NCBI RefSeq assembly: GCF_006345805.1
Contig: NC_043001.1
Location: 31,000,001-31,064,000 of the forward strand
Reading direction: 5' to 3'
DNA from: Octopus sinensis
Lineage: Eukaryota
DNA length: 64,000 bases
Under the pieces are notes generated by a model. The model was not told the DNA's origin, made no database searches, and saw only the letters and a list, made by a program, of their open reading frames with translations. Shown in pieces: positions 53,531-64,000 of this stretch. Numbering within the stretch: the stretch's first letter is position 1; the number at the start of each line of letters is the position of its first letter. The position numbers and the translations under genes are program-made.

Positions 53531-53991
53531 GCATGCGTTTGTGCGTGTATGCGTGCGTGCGTGCGTGTATGTGTGTGCGCGCGTGTGTTGGGAGAGAGAA
53601 TTTATTCTTTGGTACAAGGCCAAACATGTTTTGGGAGGGATTTACTTTGTTCAGTCAATCCCACTACTAGTAATTATTTTATCAACTCCAACTCCAGAAG
53701 GATGAAAGATAAAGTCGACTTAAGTTCAAAACATGAAGGGGCGTAACTAAATATCATATTGTATTTAATCTGTCAGCACTCACAACGGTTATGTATATAT
53801 AAGACACGCTTATGTATGTATGTATACATGTATGTATGCATGTATGTATGTGCAGCAAGAGGGGGAAGGAGAGAGGGAAAGAACATATATATATTCTCAT
53901 TTCTTGATGCCACACGATATTTTTTAAACAAACATTTTATATAACAAACTCACTGCTACATTGCTAAAGAGTAATGCCAAGGATTACACCT

Positions 53992-54028
53992 CTCCTGATG
54001 AAGCCTAATAAGGTAGACACGTTTGGAG
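53992..54028 (+). ncRNA. Degenerate minimal hammerhead relic
   Basis: CTC-CTGATGA-A-GCCT(AATA)AGGT-AGACACGTTTG-GAG: 5' core and stems I/II present, GAAA decayed. Confidence 0.4.
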
Positions 54029-54347
54029 TTGTCTCCTTTGATTGCTCACCTGTCCTCCAAATGATATTAGCTATGCCCTAATATATAATTTCTTAATCAC
54101 CACATTTAACCTTATTGTGGTTATATTCAATGTTGAACACATTAGGAATAATTAAACCTACGTTTTTAGCATTTAAAGTACATAACAATGATGTTGATAT
54201 TCTGCATAAACTTATGACTATTTTATTGTTTTTAGGAGAGGTGCATAGTTGATCTTATTTTATCAATTGTGGAGGTATGACAGGCAAAGATTAGAACCCA
54301 GATCGTATAGGTGTTTTGGTGTTTTAACACCAAAACACCTGGTTTTA

Positions 54348-54900
54348 GCACAAGGCCAATAATTTTCAGGAAAGGGGATAATCGATGCCGTTGATCCCAA
54401 TACTTGGCAAGTACTTGATTTTATTGAATGCATGAGGATGAAACGCAACGTTGATCTCGGCGGAATTTAAACTCAGAACGTGGAACTTAATGTGCAAAAC
54501 ACATTTTTTCCGACGTTCTGACAATTCTTTCGATTCACTCGTCTTTTTTGGTGTTAATATTGTTTCAAATGAAGACGGCGAGCTGGCAGAAACGTTAGCA
54601 CGCCGGGCGAAAATAGCGTTCAGCATTTTATCCAGCATGCTTACGATTGGGCAAAATGCTAAATCTCGTCCGTCTTTACATTTTGGGATCAAATACTGCC
54701 GGGGTCGACTTTGTCTTTCACCCTTTCGGAGTCGCACTGGGATTGATGTAATCGACTTGCCCCTCCCCCTGAGCTTGCTGGCCTGGTGCCAAAATTTGAA
54801 ACCAATATTAAAACCGATTCCTTACTTAAGCACAAGGACTGGAATCGATTTGATTGAATTACATCTCCCTCTAAATTTCAGGTTCCTGCCAATTTTATAA
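54348..54900. mobile_element. Cluster of old SINE family A fragments in both orientations
   Basis: CTCGGCGGAATTTAAACTCAGAAC (minus copy) and GGCGAGCTGGCAGAAACGTTAGCACGCCGGGCG (plus copy, about 54577). Confidence 0.7.
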
Positions 54901-55835
54901 ACAATTAATACATGGTGGATTAACCGAAACGGCAGAGCAATGAGGGATCACGATGGCTTGCGATATTTAGTTATGTTCTGAGTTCAAATTCACCGTTTGG
55001 AATTTAAATCCTTCTTATGTCTATAGTAATTCAACGGATTGCATCAAATGTACCCCATCTCTGAAGTTTGTGGCTTCGGATCAGTCTAAGTCCATCGTTA
55101 GACTAGTCTTGGGGCAGTGGATTGCTAGGACCTCAGGGAGAATGCCGAACCGGTTGTACACAAGATAAAGTGTCATGTGGTATTTATGTTGATGAGTCTA
55201 CAGTATTTATATGTCTGTACGATAAATGTTAACTGACGGTTAAGAAAGAATGAGGAAATATCTTCACGTTGCTCGCTGCTATGTTGATTTATGTTGAATT
55301 TAAACAGTACAGCAGTTGATTTTGCGATCCCTCATTTCTCTCTTTTTTTCTCAATAAAATGATCAAATAAATATCAGTTAAATAATGGGGTTTACTAAAA
55401 TGGCGATATCCATCCCTAAAATATGTGGCCTTATGTCTAAAGTAGGAATCAGAACATTGGAAAAAACAGTAGAGTGAAAATTATGCTGTGGTCGATTTTC
55501 CCTTTCATCCTTTCAGAACCAATAAAATAAGTTCTAGCATTTAATCGATTGTGCCAACACCCTAACATCTTTAGACGTATATCAATGTTATAAATTATTG
55601 TCTTAGGCTGATCGATTGACATGAATAGTATTTAGATATAACTTTTTAGCTTTTGTGGTCGACTTTGTCTTTTAACTCTCCGGCATCAACAAAAGAAGGT
55701 GCCATACTAGTAAACGGACGATTTTCGAGTTTGAGTTTGTGGATTTGTCTCTATAGAAAAAGACTATCAACTAATATTTACTTTTGATGTTTAGTAAAGC
55801 ATCTGAGACTAGAAAGGAAAAAAATTATAGGTTAT

Positions 55836-56230
55836 AGGCGTAGGAGTGGCTATGTGGTAAGTAGCTTGCTTACCAATCACATGGTTCCGGGTTCATTACC
55901 ACTGCGCGGCAACTTAGGCAAGTGACTTCTACTATAGCCTCGGGTCGACCAAAGCCTTGTGAGTGGATTTGGTAGACAGAAACTGAAAGAAGCCTGTCGT
56001 GTGTGTGTGTGTGTTTGTGTGTCTGTGTTTGTCCCCCCAACATCGCTTGACAACCGATGCTAGTGTGTTTACGTCCCCGTAACTTGGCGGTTCAACAAAA
56101 GAGAACCGATAGAATAAGTACTAGACTTACAAAGAATAAGCCCTGAGGTCGATTTGCTCGACTAAAGGAGGTGCTCCAGCATGACCGCAGTCAAATGACT
56201 GAAGTAAGTAAAAGAGTAAAAGAGTAAAGA
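55836..56230 (+). mobile_element. SINE family B, full length
   Basis: GGCGTAGGAGTGGCT head, short internal (GT)n, (GTAAAAGA)n 3' tail. Confidence 0.9.
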
Positions 56231-56501
56231 GAGTATCCACTGACTAGAAATCTTATCTGAATGTTTGCTACAGAACGACTTCTGCTTATCACCCAAAGAA
56301 CAAACATAGTTCATCAAACAGTTGATGTTGTTTATCCGAAATATAACTTCCATGTACCAAATTTGATTCACAAGACTTGTATCAACCCCAGATGTTGCAT
56401 TTTGGTACCGGATTTAGAACCATATCATTGCGAAACTAACTTCTTATCCACACGACTGTCGGCGCTTTTTTTGCCGCATATGTGATCTTAATAAGGTATT
56501 T

Positions 56502-56871
56502 TGAGGCGCAATGGCCCAGTGGTTAGGGCAGCGGACTCGCGGTCATAGGATCGCGGTTTCGATTCCCAGACCGGGCGTTGTGAATGTTTATTGAGCGAAA
56601 ACACCTAAAGCTCCACGAGGTTCCGGCAGGAGATGGTGGTGATCCCTTTCTCTCACTTTCTCTCACTCTTACTTCCTGTTTCTGTTGTACCTATATTTCA
56701 AAGGGCAGGCCTTGTCACTCTCTGTGTCACGCTGAATATCCCCGAGAACTACGTTAAGGGTACACGTGTCTATGGAGTGCTCAGCCACTTACACGTTAAT
56801 TTCACGAGCAGGCTGTTCCGTTGATTCGGATCAACCGTAACCCTCATCGTCGTAACCGACGGAGTGCTTCC
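56502..56871 (+). mobile_element. SINE family C, full length
   Basis: Near-identical to 15950-16334. Confidence 0.9.
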
Positions 56872-57235
56872 ATTCCCCATTTTGATGTACTAACAGTCAA
56901 ATATATTTTCAGCCACTTAACTTAGAATTCATTAATGTACTGATATCGAAGTCAAACCCACTTGATTGCAGAGCGATTTCGTTTATTTTCTTTTTATTTT
57001 CTTGTTTGTAACTAGATTAATCAGAGAAGGAAGGAACGTTGCCATAACTCTTTTCGGGGCTTCTGAGACACGTAGGAAGATTATTCTCAGAGCAGAAACC
57101 TGAGCCGAAAACTTGCTACAGAATGGCCACTGTTAAATGGCCATTAATAGCATTGTTTAACAGGGTGGCGACTTAAGTCTACTTAAGTCAAGTATTAGAA
57201 CGGTTCCTCTGAGAAACTTCAGCACTGTTTCTGCT

Positions 57236-57403
57236 TACTCTCTTACTTGTTTTAGTCATTTGACTGCGGCCATGCTGGAGCACCGCCTTTTTTGGCCGAA
57301 CCGCTAAATTACGGGGACGTAAACACACCAGCATCGGTTGTCAAGCGATGTTGGTGGGGACAAACACAAACGCACAAACATATACCACACACACACACAT
57401 ACA

Positions 57404-57434
<31 letters not shown>

Positions 57435-58018
57435 TTCTTTATTGCCCACAAGGGGCTAAACATAGAAGGGACAAACAAGGACTGACAAACGGATGAAGTC
57501 GATTACATCGACCCCAGTGCGTAACTGGTACTTTATTTCTCGACCCCGAAAGGATGAAAGGCAAAGTCGACCTCGGCGGAATTTGAACTCAGAATGTAAT
57601 GGCAGACGAAATACCTATTTCTTTACTACCCATAAGGGGCTACACACAGAGGGGACAAACAAGGACAGACAAACGGATTAAGTCGATTATATCGACCCCA
57701 GTGCCTAACTGGTACTTATTTAATCGACCCCGATAGGATGAAAGGCAAGGTCGACCTCGGCGGAATTTGAACTCAGAACGTAGCGACAGACGAAATACCG
57801 CTAAGAATTACGCCCGGCGCGCTAACGTTTCTGCCAGCTCACCATATTTATATACGACGAGCTTCTTTCAGTTTCCGTCTACCAAATCCACTCACAAGGC
57901 TTTGGACGGTCCGAATCTATAGCAGAAGACACTTGGCCAAAGTGCAACGCAGTGGGACTGAACTCGGAACCATGTGGTTGGTAAGCAAGCTATTTACCAC
58001 ACAGCCACTCCTGCGCCT
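57236..58018 (-). mobile_element. SINE family B with a SINE family A dimer (57433-57843) nested in its internal microsatellite
   Basis: B tail 57236-57375, (TACA)n, A dimer, B head 57856-58018. Confidence 0.85.
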
Positions 58019-58375
58019 CCCAAAACTTTTATTCAAAAGTCTTTGGTCGTGGATACGGTAGACAGGTAGAAATCCCTTGCCCAAGGTACCACGCCCGGCG
58101 CGCTAACGTTTCTGCCAGCTCACCATATTTATATACGACGAGCTTCTTTCAGTTTCCGTCTACCAAATCCACTCACAAGGCTTTGGACGGTCCGAGTCTA
58201 TAGCAGAAGACACTTGGCCAAAGTGCAACGCAGTGGGACTGAACTCGGAACCATGTGGTTGGTAAGCAAGCTATTTACCACACAGCCACTCCTGCGCCTC
58301 CCAAAACTTTTATTCAAAAGTCTTTGGTCGTGGATACGGTAGACAGGTAGAAATCCCTTGCCCAAGGTACCACGC
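57810..58375. repeat. 281-bp tandem duplication
   Basis: 57810-58090 is near-identical to 58091-58371, with ACGC microhomology at the junctions. Confidence 0.9.
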
Positions 58376-58858
58376 AGTGGGAGTGAACACAAAACCATGA
58401 AGTTGCGAAGCGAAATTCTTGACCATACAACAGCTATATTTGTACCCATCTTAAACACACGGCTATGCCTCCTGCATCCGACCTTTGGTATTTTGATGTT
58501 GAAAACATCAAATATTCTTACACTCACTTAACTAACAACATATCTTTTTTATGGTTAACATAGCAGCGAGCAACCTGAAGATATTTCCTCATTCTTTCTT
58601 AACCGCCAGATAACATTTATCGTACAGACATATAAATACTGTAGACTCATCAACGCCATACAACAACCCTAACGCCTACTTATGTTTCAACCTACCCCAC
58701 CCTCTTCTCTTCCTTTTCCATTTTCTTCCTCCTTCTTCTTTTCTTTCTCCACCATCACCACCAAAACCTTTCTCAACATCTTCCTCCTCATCGTCATCGC
58801 TACCTTCAAGACACCGCACTCCACCAACTATCAGCACCGGCACACTCCTAACCCCCCC

Positions 58859-58905
58859 CATCATCATCGTCGTCGTCGCCGTCGGCATCATCATCATCAT
58901 CATTA

Positions 58906-58936
<31 letters not shown>

Positions 58937-59058
58937 CATCGTCGTCGTCGTCGTCGTCGTCATCATCATCATCATCATCATCGCCGTCATCATCATCATC
59001 ATCATCATCATCATCGCCGTCGTCGTCGTTGTCGTCATCATCATCATCATCTTCATTA

Positions 59059-59089
<31 letters not shown>

Positions 59090-59135
59090 CATCATCGTTG
59101 TCGTCGCCGTCGTCGTCATCAGCATCATCATCGCC
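58859..59135. repeat. Compound (CAT)n/(CGT)n trinucleotide repeat
   Basis: Direct reading. Confidence 0.95.
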
Positions 59136-59939
59136 GTTCGTATTGTCGTCACCATAGCCACCGTCTTATTCGAAATATTCTTCCAACTACGTTACCATCA
59201 CCATCACAAAAGCAATCGGCCATGCTTCCCACCCTCGCACTCATCATTGTCATTATCATCGTTATCATCATAATTACCATAATTGTCATCCTCCTCCACC
59301 TGCATTCCTCCTCCTACTCGCCTTCTTATCCTCGTCATCAAGATAATCATCAACCCCCCCCCCCCACCACCACCACCATCACCACATTCTCCTCCACTTC
59401 CCGATCATCACTTTCTTGTTTGTTTATCGCCGTTATTAGCCCCCACCCGCTTCTGCAATGCTACCTCCATCTACATCGCTATCTTCATCCTCATCATCAT
59501 CGTTGTCATCTTCGTCATCGTCGTCGCCGTCGTCAATATCATTTTTCCTTGTTACTGCTTAATTCCAAGTCAGCCACTGACCGATCAGACCGATGATCAA
59601 AACCATTCCAGCCGTAACCATCTTGTCTCTTTCCTTTCTACTGAAAAACCTAGGACCACGTTATTCATCGTGCCCTTCTAAGACAGTAGGGTATCATTTG
59701 AGAGTAATTTGCCTGCTATTTCTAGCAGATCGAGACACCAGGTAGCACCTGATTCGTCCTCCTTATTGTAATCCATGGAGGTATCGCCGCTCATTATACA
59801 TCACTTCCACAACCAATATTCAATATAATGGCCATAGAATTTGCATTACGATTGTCCACCCGAATTCTTTGTGAAATATCTAGAAAGATAAAAACATGAC
59901 TGGAAACATTTTTTTCTTCTTTCCTCATTGTTATTATTT

Positions 59940-61415
59940 ATAGTGGATTAGTGGCGGGAGAGTGCTACGATGTTCTCGGAGATACCCTGGGTGCCGACGA
60001 AAACGAACTGGCTAGTCTGTTCCAGAGGACATTCCGGTCGGGAACTATCATAGATAATTTCTAGATGTCCTTGGTCTGGCAGTGCTACTGGGGGCGTTCC
60101 GGTTCGAGTTATACTCTATAGACACGGATGTGCTGTCAGACGGACTTGCGCGAGGTGCGCACAGAGTGACGAAACCGTTCTGCTCTCACTCGTTCAGTGT
60201 CCGGGCATTACTGACTTGCGGGTTTATGTCGAACAGCTGCTGTCACGTATGGGACGGATCCGTCTATCGGCCGAGTCTCTAGTGATGATTGCCCTGCTGC
60301 TCGCCTTCAATCGGGTATTCTAGGCAGTTTTCTTTTGCCTAGTGGCTGTGACGAAAGAGGTTGTTTGGTGGACAAGGCTGGTGGGCATCAAGACAGATAC
60401 ATTCCTCTTTTGGAAGAGCTCTCATTGACTTTTTCAAATTTCACTTGAAAAGGAAACTGTGAGTGGAGAGGGAAGTGCTGTCCTCGAGTGAGTTTATTGA
60501 AAGGTGGGTGAAAGTTGCGAAAATGGCAAGAGTGGATGACTATTTTATTTTTTTTAGGAGAGGTGCATGGTTGATTTTATTTTATCAATTGTGGAGGTAT
60601 GACAGGCAAAGATTAGAACCCAGATCGTATAGGTGTTTTGGTGTTTTAACACCAAAACACCTGGTTTTAGCACAAGGCCAATAATTTTAGACCTGTAAGT
60701 CTTTAGCACAAGGCCAATAATTTTAGACCTGTAAGTCGGAGAGAGGAAATTGGAGAGGGCGGCGAGCTGGCAGAAACGTTAGCACGCCGGGCGAAATGCG
60801 TAGCCGTATTTCGTCTGCCGTTACGTTCTGAGTTCAAATTCCGCCGAGGTCGACTTTGCCTTTCATCCTTTCGGGGTCGATTAAATAAGTACCAGTTACG
60901 CACTGGGGTCGATATAATCGACTTAATCCGTTTGTCTGTCCTTGTTTGTCTTCTCTGTGTTTAGCCCCTTGTGGGTAGTAAAGAAATGGGTATTTCATTT
61001 GCCGCTACGTTCTGAGTTCAAATTCCACCGAGGTCGACTTTGCCTTTCATCCTTTCGGGGTCGATAAATTAGGTACCAGTTACGCACTGGGGTCGATGTA
61101 ATATCGATTTAATCCCTTTGTCTGTTCTTGTTTGTCCCCTCTATGTTTAGCCCTTTGTGAGCAATAAAGAAATAAGAAGGAATTGGAGAGGGCACTTGCT
61201 CCTGGTGTTCAAAGAAATCTCTGACTGTGGGGTTCCTCGATCATCCATAGGGGTCCCCCTGCATAAGGAGGGCCACATCTCTATCATCCCCCGCTACTTT
61301 TTAAAAAAGATCCTTTGTATACTATGTATATGTCATTATATGTAAAGCCCTACACTTTATGTCTGTCTGTGTATTGTCCCCCCTTATCCTTCGCCTTTGT
61401 GGAAAATAAATGAAA
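59940..61415 (+). mobile_element. Tx1/L1-clade LINE 3' fragment (zf-RVT region plus 3' UTR), interrupted by insertions at 60537-60735 and 60758-61177
   Basis: Frames give LVWQCYWG..PVRVILYRHG...CARCAQSDETVLLSLVQCP...KEVVWWTR...EFIERWVKV. It resumes after the SINE and ends AATAAA..(TTA)n. Confidence 0.75.
60758..61177 (+). mobile_element. SINE family A dimer with TSD
   Basis: Two central blocks; flanked by GGAAATTGGAGAGG and GGAATTGGAGAGG. Confidence 0.9.
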
Positions 61416-61502
61416 TTATTATTATTATTATTGTTGTTGTTGTTGTTGTTGTTGTTCTTGTTGTTATTATTATTACTATTATTATTATTATTATTATTAT
61501 TA

Positions 61503-61548
<46 letters not shown>

Positions 61549-62101
61549 TCCGTATTTATTACAGAAAATTCGGCGACAGAAATCTCAGAATCTAACCAGT
61601 TTTGCTGATGCCAAGAAAAATAAGCAACCGCCACCGCTACTTCCTCAACCAATCCTTACCACCACCACCACCACCACCACCACCTCCACCACCACCACCA
61701 TCTTTGTCGTCATTGTTGTCATAGCCCCCGCAGTCGCCACCTTCACCGCCACCACCACCACCAAACTATCCTCCTCCTCCTCCTCTTCTACCTCACATAC
61801 TCATTATCATCATCATAAACGTCGTTTCTGTGAGTGATGTGTTCTCTACTTATGGTAATAAGAATGGATAATGGATAGCTTCCATCACTCAGCTAAATTG
61901 CTTCCCCTTGATAAAGTCAAAGAAAAACATAAGCAATTTATCCAAAAATCATATTTATGCATTTTATAAGAGTACTTAACACATATATACTGAGTTTGTG
62001 TGCATGCGTGTGCCTCTGTATGTCTGTGTGTGTGTGCTGTGTGTGCGTGCGTGTGTGTCTATGTATTTATATGTATGTATATGTATATATATATATATAT
62101 A

Positions 62102-62143
<42 letters not shown>

Positions 62144-62220
62144 ATTTACACACGCACACACACATATATATTCACACATATATATGTATATGTGTGTTTA
62201 TACACGTATATATATATATT

Positions 62221-62261
<41 letters not shown>

Positions 62262-62272
62262 CATACATACAT

Positions 62273-62303
<31 letters not shown>

Positions 62304-62353
62304 TACAGACAGGCACACACACACACGTTCACACGCACGCACACACACACACA

Positions 62354-63616
62354 CAAGAGGGTGGGCTACAAAGTTCATAGGCTGACTATGAAGGGGTGAT
62401 GGTAGAGCTGTGAAATCTTATATACAGTAGTTTCAACTCATCTTATTAACTGCACTCTTTCTTTCTATGTAAACTGACAATCTGATTGTTGAACGAAGGC
62501 TTCAAAAGTAACTAGTGGCGACTTCTTTTGAAAATCGACAAAATTTGACACCGTTGTGTTATCAAGTACCTGCAAAAAATCGGTGTAATCCCCAAGGACA
62601 TTCATGCTAACATGTTTTCTCCTAGAAGAGATGACGCTCCAGCTTTATCAACAATGCAAAAGTGAACTGCTGAATTTTGGAGGGAAACAAAGTCTTGAAG
62701 ATGGCCTAAGGTCTGAACGTCCTGCAGCTGCCACCACCAAGGAAAACAGCGGTCGTGTTCACTAGATGGTGATGGATACAAGCAAATCAAATAGCCATTA
62801 TTATTAGCATACCCCATGACAGAGTTGAGAAAATTCTGCACAATTAACTTGGCATAGCGAAGGTTTCTGCTCGGTGGGCGACACGTCTTCTGACACCTGA
62901 TCAAAAGTTCACCAGGCTGATCTCATCATGAGAAAACCTGACATTGTTTGAGGCAGATCCAGCTGATTTCCTTGAACGTTTCCTAACTCGGAGTGAGTGT
63001 TGGGTTCACTACTTTGAACCAGAGACAAAAAGATAATCCATGCAATGGAATCTCCTCTCCTCATCTTCTCCAAAGGAGGCCATGTTTGTTCCATCTATAG
63101 GGAAGGTGATGGCCTCACCTTTTTGGGACGCAAAAGGTATTATTGTGTTTATTGACTGTCTTCAAAAGAGCCACACCATCAATGGAGAAGACTATGCAAA
63201 CTTGCTGAGTCAGTTACAAAAGGCCACCAAGAGCAAACGTACAGGAAAATTGATGAACGTAGTCTTCTTTCCTGAAGTCAATAATCCAGCACACAACTTG
63301 TTGGTTTCAGTGGCTTTGAACTGGGTGATCACCCTCCCTATTCTCCTGATTTGATTCCATCTGAAAATCAGCTGTTCCCCATCATGAAAATACACCTGGC
63401 TGAGGACCAGTATCTCAGTGATGATGACGTCATACCTGCTGTTGATGACGTTTGAGCAACAGGGCGAAAGCTTCTACACCAACGGGATCCAAGCCCTGCA
63501 GTATCGATGGGAGAATTATATCAGCTGCAAGAGGGATTATATTGAAAAATAGACCTCATTTGGTCACATTCCATGAGAGTATCCTGGTCAGCCTATGAAC
63601 TTTTCAGTTGACACTC

Positions 63617-63619
<3 letters not shown>
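62354..63619 (+). mobile_element. Full-length decayed mariner transposon (about 1.27 kb)
   Basis: TIRs ...AAAGTTCATAGGCTGAC / GTCAGCCTATGAACTTT... Transposase remnants VIKYLQK, ECWVHYFEPETKR, GKVMASPFWDAKGI, TINGEDYANLL, HPPYSPDL and GIQALQYRW..DYIEK, with stops and frameshifts. Confidence 0.92.
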
Positions 63620-63647
<28 letters not shown>

Positions 63648-64000
63648 CGTGTGTGTGTATATACACACACACACATATATAGAATCACTATACATACGTA
63701 CATACATACGCGCGTGCGTGTGTGAGTGTGTGTTTGTGTGTATGTGTGTGTGTGTGTGAGTGTGTGTATGTGTGAGTGTGTATATGTGCGTTTGCGCTCG
63801 CACTCACGTGCCTACATATGAACCTACATTATCTTATGGTTGGTACAAATCAAACACGACTGTGATAATGAGCAGAACTATTAAAGAAACAACAAAGACA
63901 CATTTTATGTAAAAAGGGAATTTCACTCATTAGCTGCCAATTGTTTATCTTCATGATTTCGACACTCGATACTTTAATATATGAGACTCTATTGATTTTA

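Noticed and set aside
58676-59681. 304-aa His/Arg-rich ORF and overlapping ORFs
   Set aside because: Translation of stop-free (CAT/CGT/CAC)n repeats; no domain content.

Overview
This is AT-rich eukaryotic DNA dominated by repeats and microsatellites. The SINE families and repeat landscape suggest a cephalopod, probably Octopus (inference). I find no intact host protein-coding gene, and most ORFs in the track are microsatellite translations. The window holds three tRNA-like SINE families in many copies, decayed Dong/R4-type and Tx1/L1-type non-LTR fragments, a Penelope-like RT relic, two mariner relics, a Tigger/pogo derivative, hAT-like MITEs and non-autonomous Helitrons. The most notable signal is a set of type I hammerhead ribozymes with palindromic stem III, lying in non-coding units embedded in (TA)n. 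One unit (20131-21362) is a 2.1-copy tandem of about 530 bp with one hammerhead per copy (CCGAUGA core variant, long stem II). It is predicted to excise a 529-nt monomer, like a retrozyme. A second, unrelated unit (about 42972-43812, minus strand) carries a hammerhead with a fully canonical core. Both have a Penelope-style inverted segment at the 5' end, and at least five more decayed hammerheads are present. All alignments and folds were done by eye.
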